NCBI GenBank assembly: GCA_016748015.1
Contig: JAAOMT010000046.1
Span: 582,697 to 646,696 of the forward strand
Source of the DNA: Geosiphon pyriformis uo1
Lineage: Eukaryota; Fungi; Glomeromycota
Length of the DNA: 64,000 bases
Reading direction: 5' to 3'
The notes beneath the pieces were generated by a model. That model searched no databases, had not been told where the DNA came from, and saw only the letters and a program-made list of their open reading frames with translations. Below are positions 51,701-64,000 of this stretch, piece by piece (positions within the stretch are counted from its first letter, which is position 1; each line of letters opens with the position of its first letter). Made by a program: the position numbers and the translations under genes.

Positions 51701-54700
51701 AAAAACTTTTACAAATCTTTAATTCCAAAGAAAAAAACACCAAAAACTAACAAATACTCTTGTCAAGCTAGACTTACTAACAATAACAATATTACTTCTC
51801 TAATTTGCAAAATCCAAGTGGCTGGCTACTTTATTGATCTGATCTTAAACAGTAGATCATTTGTTAGTATTATTGCCAAACATTTTTTTGAAGCAATTGA
51901 CAGAAAGATTAATAAACTCTCAATTAAACTAATGATTAATGTACACAGAAACAAAAAGAAAGATCTGGACATAGCCAAAGCTATTCCTGTTCACATCAAT
52001 GGCATCAGCATTAAAACTAACATGGAAATATTTGAAGCAAAAGAGTACACCATAATTGTTGACAATAAGTGGCTCAAAAAAGCCAAAACACTACTTGACT
52101 ATAAACTTTGTAAACTAATCATCAGATGTGATAAGAAGCCTATTGTGGTTAAATACTATTATTGGACAACTTTTTCTATACCCAAACAGAATCAAAAAGA
52201 TAAGTAATTAGATAAATTAGATAATAAAGAGAGTAATGAAAAAAAAATTCAAAAAGAACAAGAAAAAACTGCTAAATTTGTCTATACTATTTTTACCAGC
52301 AATGACAAGCCATTAGATAATGTCAAAGCTAACAAAAAAGGAATTATTGTAAATAACAAGCTAATTTGCTGGTTCTACTATAATATTTTCAGAAAAATTT
52401 TTGATAAAAAATCTGGCAAGAAGCCAAATACAGTTATTGGTAATATGATTTTTGTATTAGATACTGGTGTGATAAACTTTTGAATCTCCTAATGATGAAT
52501 ACAAATTCTGTCTAATCTACTACAAAAATTGGAAACCCATTAGCTTAATACTAAGAAAAGAATTAAAAAAAGTACAAAAGTCATTTGAAAGTAAACCAAC
52601 TGAGATTTAATTACTTGCAGTAGAACAAAGAGAACTCTCCTTTAAAGAAAAAAAAAGTAGACATTAAAAATCTGTTGACTAGAAATAGCCCAATTATCTC
52701 AAAAGAAGATGATATCTCTGGACAAATCCATGTGATACAACATACTATTATTATTAAAGAAACTTGTCCTATCTATTTGAAACCTTATCAATCCAATTAA
52801 TACAATAATAAGTTCATCAAAAAAAAAATAACTTGAATAAAAAATCTTGGATTCATACAAAAAACCAAGAGTAAATAGGCTTTTTCAGTTATAGTAATAT
52901 TCAAGAAAAGTGGAATTCTATGTTTCTGTATTAACTATTGTTAATTAAATACCATTATTATAAGAGACATGTACTTATTTCTCAAGATTAATACAATACT
53001 AGACAAATTCAATAGTACTGTTTTCTTTTCAACTATTGACTTAACTGCTGAATTCTAGCAAGTAAAAATGGATCTAAAAAGCAAAAAAAAAACTGCTTTT
53101 ATTATCAAGTATGGCATCTATGAATTTACAGTCATGTTTTTTGGTCTCACTAATATCTTTCTTACTTTTTAATGCTTAATAAACACAGTGTTTAAATTAG
53201 TAAAAAAAACTTTGTTTTGGTCTATTTGGACAGCATAATAGTATACTCAAAAACTTGAAATGAACATCTAGAACATTTACAAAAGGTTTTTAACTTCCTT
53301 AAAAATACTGGTCTTAAGATTATCTTAATCAAATCTCTTTTTGGAAATTAATTCATCCAATTCCTTGGACATTTTATTACAAAAAATAGAATCTTTTCTG
53401 ACCCAGCTAAAGTTAAAAAAGTCTAAAACATTAGACAACCAATAAATGTTTCTGAACTATGCTTTTTCTTTAATTTGGCTTCTTACTATTGCAAATTTAT
53501 TAAGAATTTCTTCAAAATCACCTTTTCTTTCAATTAGCTACTCAGAAAAAATGTCAGTTACAGAATCTATATTCATGTAACCTAATTTGGATTAACCTTT
53601 TATCTTTTATACTGATACATCCAGCTATAGACTTGGTATTATTTTTTCCCAAAAAAATAAAAATAACAAAGAACATACTATAGCATATGCAAATAAAACA
53701 CTCTCACCAGCAGAACAAAACTATTTAATTATTGAACAAGAATATTTAGCAATAGTTTGGACTACTAATTACTAAGATCAATATTTTTTTGGTGTAAAAT
53801 TCCTAGTAATAACAGATCATCAAGCCTTAGTTTGGCTGTGTAACAAAAAAAAGCTGAAACATAAACAAATAACTCACTGAATATTCCATTTGGATGAATT
53901 TAACTATGACATTTAACACTATAAAAGAGTTAATCATTAAAATACCAATGCTTTTTCTAGACTTACCATCTAGTAATAGTATAATCTCTCAACCAAATCA
54001 ACTTAATTATTAGTAACTCTTTTACAAACAAACATAATAATAAACTTAGACAACTATTCTGTCTTAATAAAATTTTTGAATAAAGGACAATACCCATCAG
54101 AATACACTTAACAGCAAAGAAAACATTTGCATAAACAATCAAATTTTTATTTAATTTACCAGAATCAACTTTATAAAAGAAATAAAAAAGATTCTGATCA
54201 TTCTCAAAGAGTCATTAGATTTAAAAAAAGAGAAATTGTAATCTACAACATACATACTGATCCATTAGCTAGATATTTTGAAAAAACAAAAACAATTTAG
54301 AAAACTTTACCTTGCTATTATTGATCTATCTTAAGAAAAAACATTGCTAAGTACATCAAAATCTGTAACATCTGTCAAAGAAAAGACAAATTCAATTGAA
54401 AAAAAGATATCTATCCAATCTCTATTGGTTAACTATTTGACAGAATTGGCATAGATGTTATTAGATCTTTAATAATAACTCCTAATGACAATAGATATAT
54501 TATTATAGCTACCAACTATCTTATAAAATAGATAGAAACAAGAGTTACTCCAGACTAAACAGCAGTCTCAATAACCAATTTCATTTATAAAGATATTATT
54601 TGTTACTATAGCTGCCCCAAAAAACTTTTATCTGATAGAAAAAAAGCTTTTTTCAATACACTAATTAAAGAACTTTGTAAAAAAATGAGAATATGTTATA

Positions 54701-55468
54701 AATTTTTTTTTTCTTATCACTCTTAAACAAATGCCTTAATAGAACATTTTAATAAAACACTATATAAAACCTTAGCCAAAACCAATAAAAAAACAAACTT
54801 ATGGAACAAAATACTGTCTTTAGCTTTGTTTACTTATAAAACTGTAAATCATAACATAACAAGTTATAAATCTTTTTATCTATTCTATGAACATATGGCA
54901 ATACTACCAATAAAAACTAATATCAAAACAATATCTTTTAAAAAAATCACAATAGAGAATTATAAAGACATTTTGCAAAAAAAACTTAGTATTATTCTTA
55001 ACTCATTAAACTTCTTTTCATATTACTTATTCTTTTTGCTTTACCTTTAAGTATCTAAATATCTTGGAATAAAAGATTACTTGTTGACATTTATATATCT
55101 TATCTTTTCTTTTTTTTGATTTGTATTATTAGAATTAATCTAAAAAGTAATTGCTTGCTTTTGTGATTTATTAAATAAAAAAACAATTAAAAAACACAAT
55201 GATACCTGTTATTAATTCTAAGAATTGCTGAGTTAAAGCATAGAATAATAGTAGCAGTATTATCTTTTTAACAATTATGGACTATTTTTTTACCTTCAGA
55301 TTTCCAAAAAAAATTTATAACTGTGATTTTTATAAGACTAATTATACATATTGAATTTTTACTTATTTAATTTACTCTCTTATTGTAATTTTTTCTTTGA
55401 TTATTTTTATTACTTTACAATACTGTTTTTTCTTATTATTTGTTAACTTGTTACTCCAACTCATAACA
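48780..55468 (+). mobile_element. Rearranged family C copy C3 with inverted U5 ends, inserted in C1 integrase
   Basis: Structure: inverted U5 (48780-~48868), INT tail (~48860-49250), partial LTR to 49737, PBS 49744-49760, gag-pol-INT to ~55008, partial LTR to 55468. TSD ctat/ttat. Confidence 0.8.
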
Positions 55469-56549
55469 TTATTAATAAAAACTAATATTAAAATAATACT
55501 CTTTAAAAAAATTACAATAAAGAATTACAAAGACATTTTGCAAAAAAAACTTAGTACTATTTTTAACTTATTAATAGAAATATAAATAATTGTTTTTGAA
55601 AAGATAAAACAATTTCAAGAAAAGTTTAGAAAAAAAAAACTTATAAAATACTTTTTTTAAATATTGGTAACTTAGTTTTAGAATACCACTTAAACAAAAA
55701 TAATATCTATAATAATAAATTTTCTAATCAGTAAAAAAGACCCTTTATAGTTAACAAAGTTTTGAAAAATGGTTTTTATATCTTACAAGATCAATATAAA
55801 ACAATTTTCAATAATTGTTCTGTTCATAATATACAATTTAAAAAATATTACAAACAATCTGATTGGTTATCTATTATAGTAATATTGGCTCAAATAATCA
55901 GCAAAAATCAAATATAAATAAATATACCATTTTCAAAACAGAGATGTTTTCAATCAATATGAATAATTATTTTCTGGATCAAAATATTCAAAACACTTTT
56001 TATACTCTTCATGAGTATTAAATTAAAAATTATTTAAACACTATTTTGACTATTGAGAAACAAACTATTATAACTGATAATAGTAAAACACATACTATTA
56101 TTAAACCAAAAAAAACTATTATCAAAAAAGAAAAAATATATAAATATATGCTTAAAATATAACAGCAAGCATATTGGTATTTTCCAATATACTTAAAAAA
56201 ACAATTAAAAAAATCTTGTTTATAAACAAAAACTTATCATATAGAAAACAATTAAAACTTTATAGTCAATTTGATAAAACCATAGAAGACATAAAATTCA
56301 TAAAAAAAACAACTTTAGAAATACAAGTAAAAATTCTAAATATTATATAATTAAATATTTTAAAAGTTTTGATTATTGCTAAGAGTTAAGACTCTTGAAC
56401 ACAAAACTTATTTCATTTCAAGTACTATATACTTTATTCACAAAAGACTTCAACAAATTAATTAGTTTCAAGTTAAATAAAACTCTTCAAATAGATTATT
56501 CCATAAACAATCTGATTTTACTGGAGCTCAACCTTTTTGAAAAAGATAA

Positions 56550-57205
56550 TATTATGATTAAAACCCATAGTTTTTATTAATTATCATATGTATTAACCAC
56601 TAATGTCATATAATTAGCCATCTTATTTTTAGATAGTAATCATTGACCTGATCAATAACTTAACCATTGACCTAATTATTGACCTAGTCATTAACTACTT
56701 TCAATAGCTATATAAACAATGAGTCTCTCAGCTGTAGAAAGATATGATCAAATATAAGAAATAAAAGAAATAAAATAACAACTATTATTTCAATCTTTCT
56801 CATATCGCTTATTCCCTTTTCCTACCTTCAAGTATCTGAACATCTTGGAATAAAAGATTACTTGTTGGCATTTTCCTACCCTTTTCCTGATTTGTGTAAT
56901 TGTAGTATTTGAAGATTATTGAATAAAACATGATTGAAGAGCACATTTGATACCTGATATTGAATTCTAAAAGCACCGACGTGAGGTATAGAATTATACC
57001 AGTGTGTTATCATTTGTTGACAGTACGGACTATTCCTCTACTTTCAGATTCCCTAGTTATCCTTTGAAAAGAATAATGACTGAGATATTTTATGAGACTG
57101 ATCTCGCATACTCATTCAATTCACTCCTTGAAGTTGAATTCCTTTTGATCCATACAATTCTGTTCTCCCTTGCTATCCGTTAGCTTGTTACTCCAACCCG
57201 TAACA
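56550..57205 (+). repeat. C1 3' LTR
   Basis: Follows PPT; ends CCCGTAACA then atat. Confidence 0.9.
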
Positions 57206-58755
57206 ATATTATTAATGAAATATTATTATTTCATTAATTAACTATCTTTTTCTTTTAATTCAAATTTGTTGTATTAATATAAAATACAAAATTTAAACTA
57301 ATAGATCAAATATATTGACAAATTTAAGTCATTATCATACGATGTTTACCTAATTTAGGAAAAATTTTCGGGACCCTGATTTATTTAAATTGAAAATTTT
57401 TTCCACATTGACTTTTAAATTTAGAAAGTTATTGGTTTAATAGCTTCTGTCACGACTTAAAGTCTATGAGCAGAAATAAAGATACTCTACCAACTCAATT
57501 ATGCCAGGTAATCGGGTTTGTTATTCTTCCTTCTTGGGAAGGTGAGGTATCCATCTTTAAGCTGACTTGAGGCACTCTGTTCAGAACACGGCTAATTAAA
57601 AAGGTTATCAACACGACTGCCAATTATTCAGGTAAATCTGGTCTCGGCCTTAAGAAGGCATAATCAATTTCAATTTATGATGATTTTACGTGACAATCCA
57701 ACTCCTAAGGAAAGTCAGTCGACTTTCTTGAGGCCAAAATTCAACGACCTGACTTCCATTTTCATTGTTACTCTTGAGTTTAGTAGTCTGGTTCTAATTT
57801 CTTTGATAAATATTTTACACAGGGATAATCTCAAATTACATAATGTCGACTATAAAGGTGAGATCGGCTGGAAATTTTTCTATTTTATTATCTGTGTCAT
57901 GATGATTTAAATCTTATCCTACACGCAGAATTTTTTATACTGTTGAAAATCCAAATAGTTTCAGCCTTGTCTGATCGCACGTTGTTTAATCAAATTTGAT
58001 AATTGAAAAATTTTGATCATTTTACTCACCTCAACTCCACAAATTATCCAGTGGTTTCTTTCGTATGCTTCCATTTTTTGAGACCAGATTTGAGGTAAGT
58101 GTTCACGTTAATTCAAAATCTTGCGATTTTGAATTTTTCTATTATGATGATATTAAGTAGACGGGCGGACGGAATAAATAATGTCGAGTGTCTACAAAAA
58201 AAACAAAACCTTACTGAACAAATAATAGCAAAATTATCAAATATTATTGTTCTTTTCCTTTCTGAAATTTTATTTTTAAATTTTATTTTAGATCGTGAAC
58301 CAGTATTTCCATCTCGAACTTAGTAATTATATCAAAATCGGAAAAAATTGAATTATTTGTGATTGAAAATATAAACGTTCACCCAAAGTCTGAATTTAAT
58401 TTAATTAACTTCTCTACTGAAGTAATTGCTTGCTAATTTAGACTTTGATGGAGTTGTTTCATCAAATTGATACGTTCAGAAAATTTACGTTATCTGATTA
58501 AATCAACATTCCAGTCAACGCTAATCAGTCTTTAACTAGAATCAGTTAAAGATTATTTGTGATTCATTATTATTTATTAATAAATAATATATTAAAAACG
58601 CTAATATTTTTTTCAATTTGCACAAAAAATATCAGACAATAAAATCAATAATATCTAGACCATAATTCTAAATTACTGGCTGCAGGACGACTGATTAAGA
58701 TCATTTTTGCTAAAGCTTCTAATATGAATTCAGTCTCTTTCCAGTTTTCTTGAGA

Positions 58756-61700
58756 ATGGTAACTATTGATAGATTAACTAAAGAAGAACTTACTAGTATA
58801 ATTGCTGAGGATTTGAGAATCGATGTTGCTTTTCCTTGTTTTTCGCCAGAGGAAGGTACCGGGGCCACAGCTTGTTGTGTGGTAAGTCTTAACTACCGTG
58901 AGAAGGAATCATCAAAGTAAAGGAGTTGATCAATTAACTTCTGCTTGTTTCAAAGGTTCATAAAAACTGGCTAGCCACTTTGAAGCGAGCTCGAGTAGGG
59001 GAAAGAATTAGTCTAAAACGATATTCAACGGATGATACCTCGAAAAATCTTGAGCAAACTAACGAGGATAGACAGGCGCCAACCAGTAATGTTTTAGTCA
59101 GCGTGCTTTTAAAACATGTTTCCCCCGAGAAAAAAAGGTGTTTAGAGGCATACATGATTTGTTTCTCTTGATATAATATGAACCTTTCAGAAAGAATGTC
59201 ACATTGATCCCGCTTAACATGGATTTGGATATCTTCAGGCCTCAGCTATATGGAAAGAAAGAGGAAAATGAAGATAGATTTATGAAATATAATTCTTTTG
59301 ATGAGCTGGAGGTACCTATAAGAACTTTTATCAAAGAACAGCTTCAAGATGTTCCAGGGCCCCATTTGTGGGAGCTCGAAGCAAATTATGAATACTATTA
59401 TCCCCTGTTATCTAATGATTATCATCAATCAAATGCCGATGATTCTAAAATCGCCGAAGATGAATTGACCCGTCAAAAGGTTGGAAAGGTATTCAAAATC
59501 TGAAGTCTATTGTTAGCCATTCTAATTGTTCCAATTTTTATGATTGAAAAAGTTATTCGTAGAAAAGTTTTTGGCCATATTATACCCTGAAAGTGCCTAT
59601 TTTCGTATCTCCCGTTCTGAAAATACTGACGTCAGCATCTCGCTCGAGCTATTGTCTCAATCTTGTGTTCGGGCGGATAAGCCCATCTCCAATCCCAATC
59701 TGATCGATATATTTGCTGTGATCGAGTCCGAAAAAGCTTATTATTTCATGGCACCGTATCGGGGCACCACCTTGGGTGATTTATTGAATTTCAGTTCTGG
59801 TGTTTTGAAATCAAATATCAAAAAGTCCTTTATTGTATTTCAACTCTTAAGAGCTATCAAAGGTCTTCATGAGTTGGGGGTGGTGCATGGAGGGTATGTT
59901 CCTTTCATATTATATAATTCTAATCATTGTTGATTTAAATTGAAGAATTTAATCACATGATGAATACGCCTACTGTTACCAAAATCTCAGAATCAAACCG
60001 TCCAATATAATGGTTGATGAAAACCTTTGGATCACTTTAACAGGATTTGAATGTTTTGCTCCCTTTGCCTCCGTATCAGGCATCTCAGGTCAGTATTTTT
60101 ACTGCTCCATAATATTTGCTGTTAATGACATTGGCAACGGTTAATTTTATGTTTTTTGTAATTCATTGGGGTCTCAGACAAAATTAAAAAACGTGCAGTA
60201 CTCGGAATTCCAAGAGGTTGGAGCTACTTTCTTTTTATGACTTCAAATTGAAAAGAAACTAAATTTGGGCACACATAACTTTTTAATCCCACTTTAGAGA
60301 TTGCTGACGAATCTTTTACTGTTAAATGGGTTCGCGGGGAAATTTCAAATTTCTCTTATTTGATGTCTCTGAATCACTTAGCAGGCAGGTACAAACAAGA
60401 ACGAAATTTTTTATTCTTCGGGAGATTGGTATACATTCTTCCAATATTAACAAACCTGATTTACCCAAAGGCCGCCGCATTGGGGATCCAAATTTTCATC
60501 CTATCTTCCCTTGGATCACAGATTTCACCGGAGCAAATCCTTCGCAAAATTGGCGAGATTTTACCAAAACTAAATTTCGTCTAAACAAAGGTATTATATA
60601 ATTTCGTAAAAACCAGCTCATCGATTCCTCTGTAATATAAGCTTATTTTGAATTCGAAAATGATAGGTGACGAACAGTTGGATTTTACGTTTGATGGCCC
60701 GGTACCACATCATATTACAGATATTTTATCCGATATTACTTATTATGTCTATCTAGCGCGTAAAACCCCGATTCCCGTAGGTTTTTACGTCTGGTTTTTG
60801 GAGGCCTATTCTCATTGAATAATATTGATTTTTTTTCAAAGGTTTTATGTCAATATGTCAGAACCAAGTATGAACCAAACGAATATCCCTCTTCACTTCA
60901 AAGACTTTTTGAATGGACTCCAGACGAGTGTATCCCAGAGTTCTATACAGGTAAAGAACCGGCTTTCCTAAGATGCGCTCGCCGATAAACTAATAAAACT
61001 ATAATATCACGTGGCGTCTTTTAGATTCCAGTATATTCAAATCTATACATCCTGATATGCCTGATCTTCAATTGCCGGGGTTGTTAATTTACAATTTTTA
61101 ACCTCTTGTAATAGTCCATTTAGTTTAAAATCTATTATTTTGTGTTATTAACAATGTGATTGGAAAATTTCGATTCTGAAGATGGGGATCAACTCCCGAA
61201 GAATTCATTCGTATACATTCCGCTGCCTTAGAAAGTGATTTTGTCTCAAGTCAACTTCATAAATGGATAGATTTAACTTTTGGATGCAAGCTAAGCGGTA
61301 TATATAATCCTCTTCTACTTCTAATATAATTTCTTGTTAATTCAAATCATGACGAACCCGTTTAATTAATGAAAGGGGATGATGCCGTTGAAGCCAAAAA
61401 TGTTGCCTTACCTCTTTTGGACGGTCAGGATTCTTTTATGAAACATGGGATTACCCAACTGTTCAACGATGAGCATCCTCAACGTTCATTCAATTGGAAT
61501 CAAGCTAAAAGGTAAAGTTATCAATAAGTTTCCATTAATTTAAAATACAACTAATTGAAAATTTTGGTTGACAATTTAATCTTTAAGGAATTTTACATCA
61601 CAAATAACGGATGATAAAACATCGCTGGAAAAGTTTAATATTTTGAATTCCAAAAGAAGAATTTCTCAAAGAACAACAATTATGGACAAGTCTGGATTGT

Positions 61701-64000
61701 CAAAACTCTCTGAGAAAAAAAATTCTGATTTGTTAATATTTGATATTCCTGCTGCTGAAAAGATTATTGCAAAACCTTCCGGAACAATTTCCCGCAACAA
61801 GAAACAAGTCATTACTGCAAAGCCTTTATCCTTGTACGATTTTGGTAATGCCAATCTCGGGAGGGAAAGAGATTTTATAACGACAACCATGGCTGATCCC
61901 AAAGATCCCCTGGGAAGAATCGAATCCTTGGCGACATTAATGAATTCTATCCCGATAGAATTACCTGATGAAATGAACAGCGACATTTTTACTAAAGAAT
62001 TGAAACACTTTGAGCAAGCACACTCATTCGGAGTCAAATATAAACATTTGAAATCTTCTCATTATCACCCTGATCATGGAGGATTAAATGTAGATAGCGA
62101 AAATTCCAATTTTGTCTCTAAACAATCTTTCGCTTATGCAAGGGCCTGGGACGCTTATTGCCTTGGAAAAATTTTTGATGACATTTATTGTTCTGGCAAA
62201 AAAATAACTCCTTCAGAAATGACTGTGTCCCATTTTCGCACAAATGGGTCCGATTTCCAAAGAGGCATCTCCAAGGTCAGAATAAATCAGGTAGAATTTA
62301 AAAGAGATGGTCTCTTGCCAGATGATAACCCGCCTCAAGTTTGATTTTGATTTCCAAAACCTCAGGCTCCGTTGGCTGTCGACGGTGTCATTGATGCTTT
62401 ATCTTCTCCTGAGTGGATAGAACGTCCTTCCATCGATGCTATTCTCTACACTTCTACGCCGGCAACCAGCTTGCGAGATTACACCACCACCCTACCTATA
62501 CCCGAATGTATCTCCGAAGTATACGATTTCCTCACCCGGTTTTATGCAGCGTAAGAATTTGAAATATTTTGCTCTCCTTTATTAATTCGATAAATGTAAT
62601 ACTTCAAAGATTCAAACTTATTTTTTATTAGGCATTCGAAAGATAGATTGAAATTAGTCAAAGAATCAATCGAAAAAATATGTCATCTAAATGATGAGGT
62701 ATACCTTCAAATCTTTTGTTAATTTATTTATGTATATCGATTGATAATATATGAATAAAATATTTCCTTGATTGTTAAAGGCTTTCAATCTGATTTTGCC
62801 AAGTTTGGTGTCTTTGTACTCGTACGATTCCGTTAAAACTCAAGCCCTCAACCTATTTCCCATGCTTGGTCAACGTTTAGGGGAAGAAGAAACCAAAAAT
62901 CATTTGCTTAAACCTATTGTCTCTCTTTTTGAAGTATGTGGTTTTCAATAATTTTTAGTTTTCTTTTTTTTTCAAAACCTAAGATATTAATTCGCTGTTT
63001 CTTATAAATCAGTCCTCACGCCCTTCCATCCCCAAGATTTTATTTAACTGGGGGATAATCGAACAGTTTTTAAGAAGATTTGGAATAACCAATTTTTTGC
63101 AACAAATTTTTCCTCTCTATTTGGATGCCCTAACTGTGGATGAAAAAATCATCGCCACTGTCATCCCTGATGTCGAATCGGATTTGAAATATATCATTGA
63201 TGCTCAACTTACGTCAAGTCCCATATCAGTTTCTAGCAGGTTTTCATTCGACACTACTTCTATTCCTACAGTCACGGCACTGGCAAATTCGGCACTTGTT
63301 GATATTTGGTTTGTGACTCATTCATTTTCTCCTTATCCATAGTATAAATGAATTCCTGGACAGGCTCCAAAGACCACAATTAACTTTATTCATTAGCTCC
63401 TTAGTAGGACCGATCCTCACCTCCAAATATATCATGAAACAAGTCTATAAATTATTACTTAAAGAATATAGCTCTTTGAACTTGCTGCTACAATCGATTG
63501 CGACAATTGGTATATATAGCTTCAATATTTAGAAAATTTCGGTTTGGTAGCAACTTACTGTTCGACAATATTTTCATTTAACATGTATATTAGGTCAACA
63601 GTTTGGAGAGACATTTACTTATTTGCAATACTCACACGCTATATCGGTCATTCAGACAAGCAGTTCATCAGCCGACTCTCGAAATACCATCATATTAAAT
63701 AATCATTTAGCGCTATTAGAGAAGGTGAATCATCTTATTTAATAGTTCAATCAATTTCTCGGTACTAATCCTTATCTAACATTCCACTGTTATGGTGCTT
63801 AGCTAACCTCACAAATATCAAGTAATAAGCTATTTACGGAATTTGAATCAGGATTGGCTGACGCATTCATTAAAATTTTAGAATGGAGAGAAATCGATAA
63901 AACCACACGCCCTACAGATACAACTCATAATTTAAAAAACAAACTCTCGGTACATCTTAAGATTATTAATTATTTATTGCAGATCAGCAATAATGGTAGC
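58756..64000 (+). CDS. WDR81: WDR81-like protein (kinase-like N-terminal region plus BEACH domain), multi-exon, 3' end beyond the window
   Basis: Spliced translation: [152 protein letters not shown]. Many short GT-AG introns. CpG not depleted. Start codon inferred. Confidence 0.88.

Larger units (their letters stand above)
24553..57205 (+). mobile_element. Outer Ty3/Gypsy element, family C copy C1 (most degenerate), hosting nested insertions
   Basis: LTRs 24553-25291 and 56550-57205, TSD atat/atat. Internal pieces 25292-29049, 30024-31115, 48489-48779 and 55473-56549 join colinearly with copy C2. Confidence 0.9.

Noticed and set aside
57030-57110. Minus strand resembles an intron-containing tRNA-Met gene (TCAGTCTCATA-spacer-ATCTGAA(A/G)GT)
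   Set aside because: No acceptor stem, D-arm or T-loop (GTTCGA) can be built and the spacer varies between subfamilies. Better read as primer-complementary boxes.

Overview
Eukaryotic, very AT-rich fungal DNA. The transposon families resemble those I recall from Glomeromycotina such as Geosiphon, but this is not verified. Positions ~1-57.2 kb form a nested transposon island: a decayed Tc1/mariner-like DDE transposon, one near-complete LINE (ORF1 plus APE-RT-RNaseH-zinc-finger ORF2, poly-A) among older LINE relics, and at least four Ty3/Gypsy LTR families (A-D, my labels) present as full elements, solo LTRs and a rearranged copy. The eight LTR insertions with both flanks visible have 4-bp target-site duplications (TSDs). 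All TE ORFs are broken by strongly directional C->T/G->A mutation. From 58.76 kb to the end is an intron-rich host gene for a WDR81-like BEACH protein. The most notable signal is the Gypsy organisation: pol stops after RNase H and integrase is a separate ORF with its own ATG (families B, C, D); a conserved non-env ORF3 follows (A-D); B and D carry a dUTPase and Cys-rich spacer between protease and RT; C has a U-UUA-AAC -1 frameshift signal; and B, C and D share a PBS for an elongator-type tRNA-Met plus extra U5 boxes complementary to that tRNA's anticodon arm. One C copy has two inverted U5 ends instead of direct LTRs.
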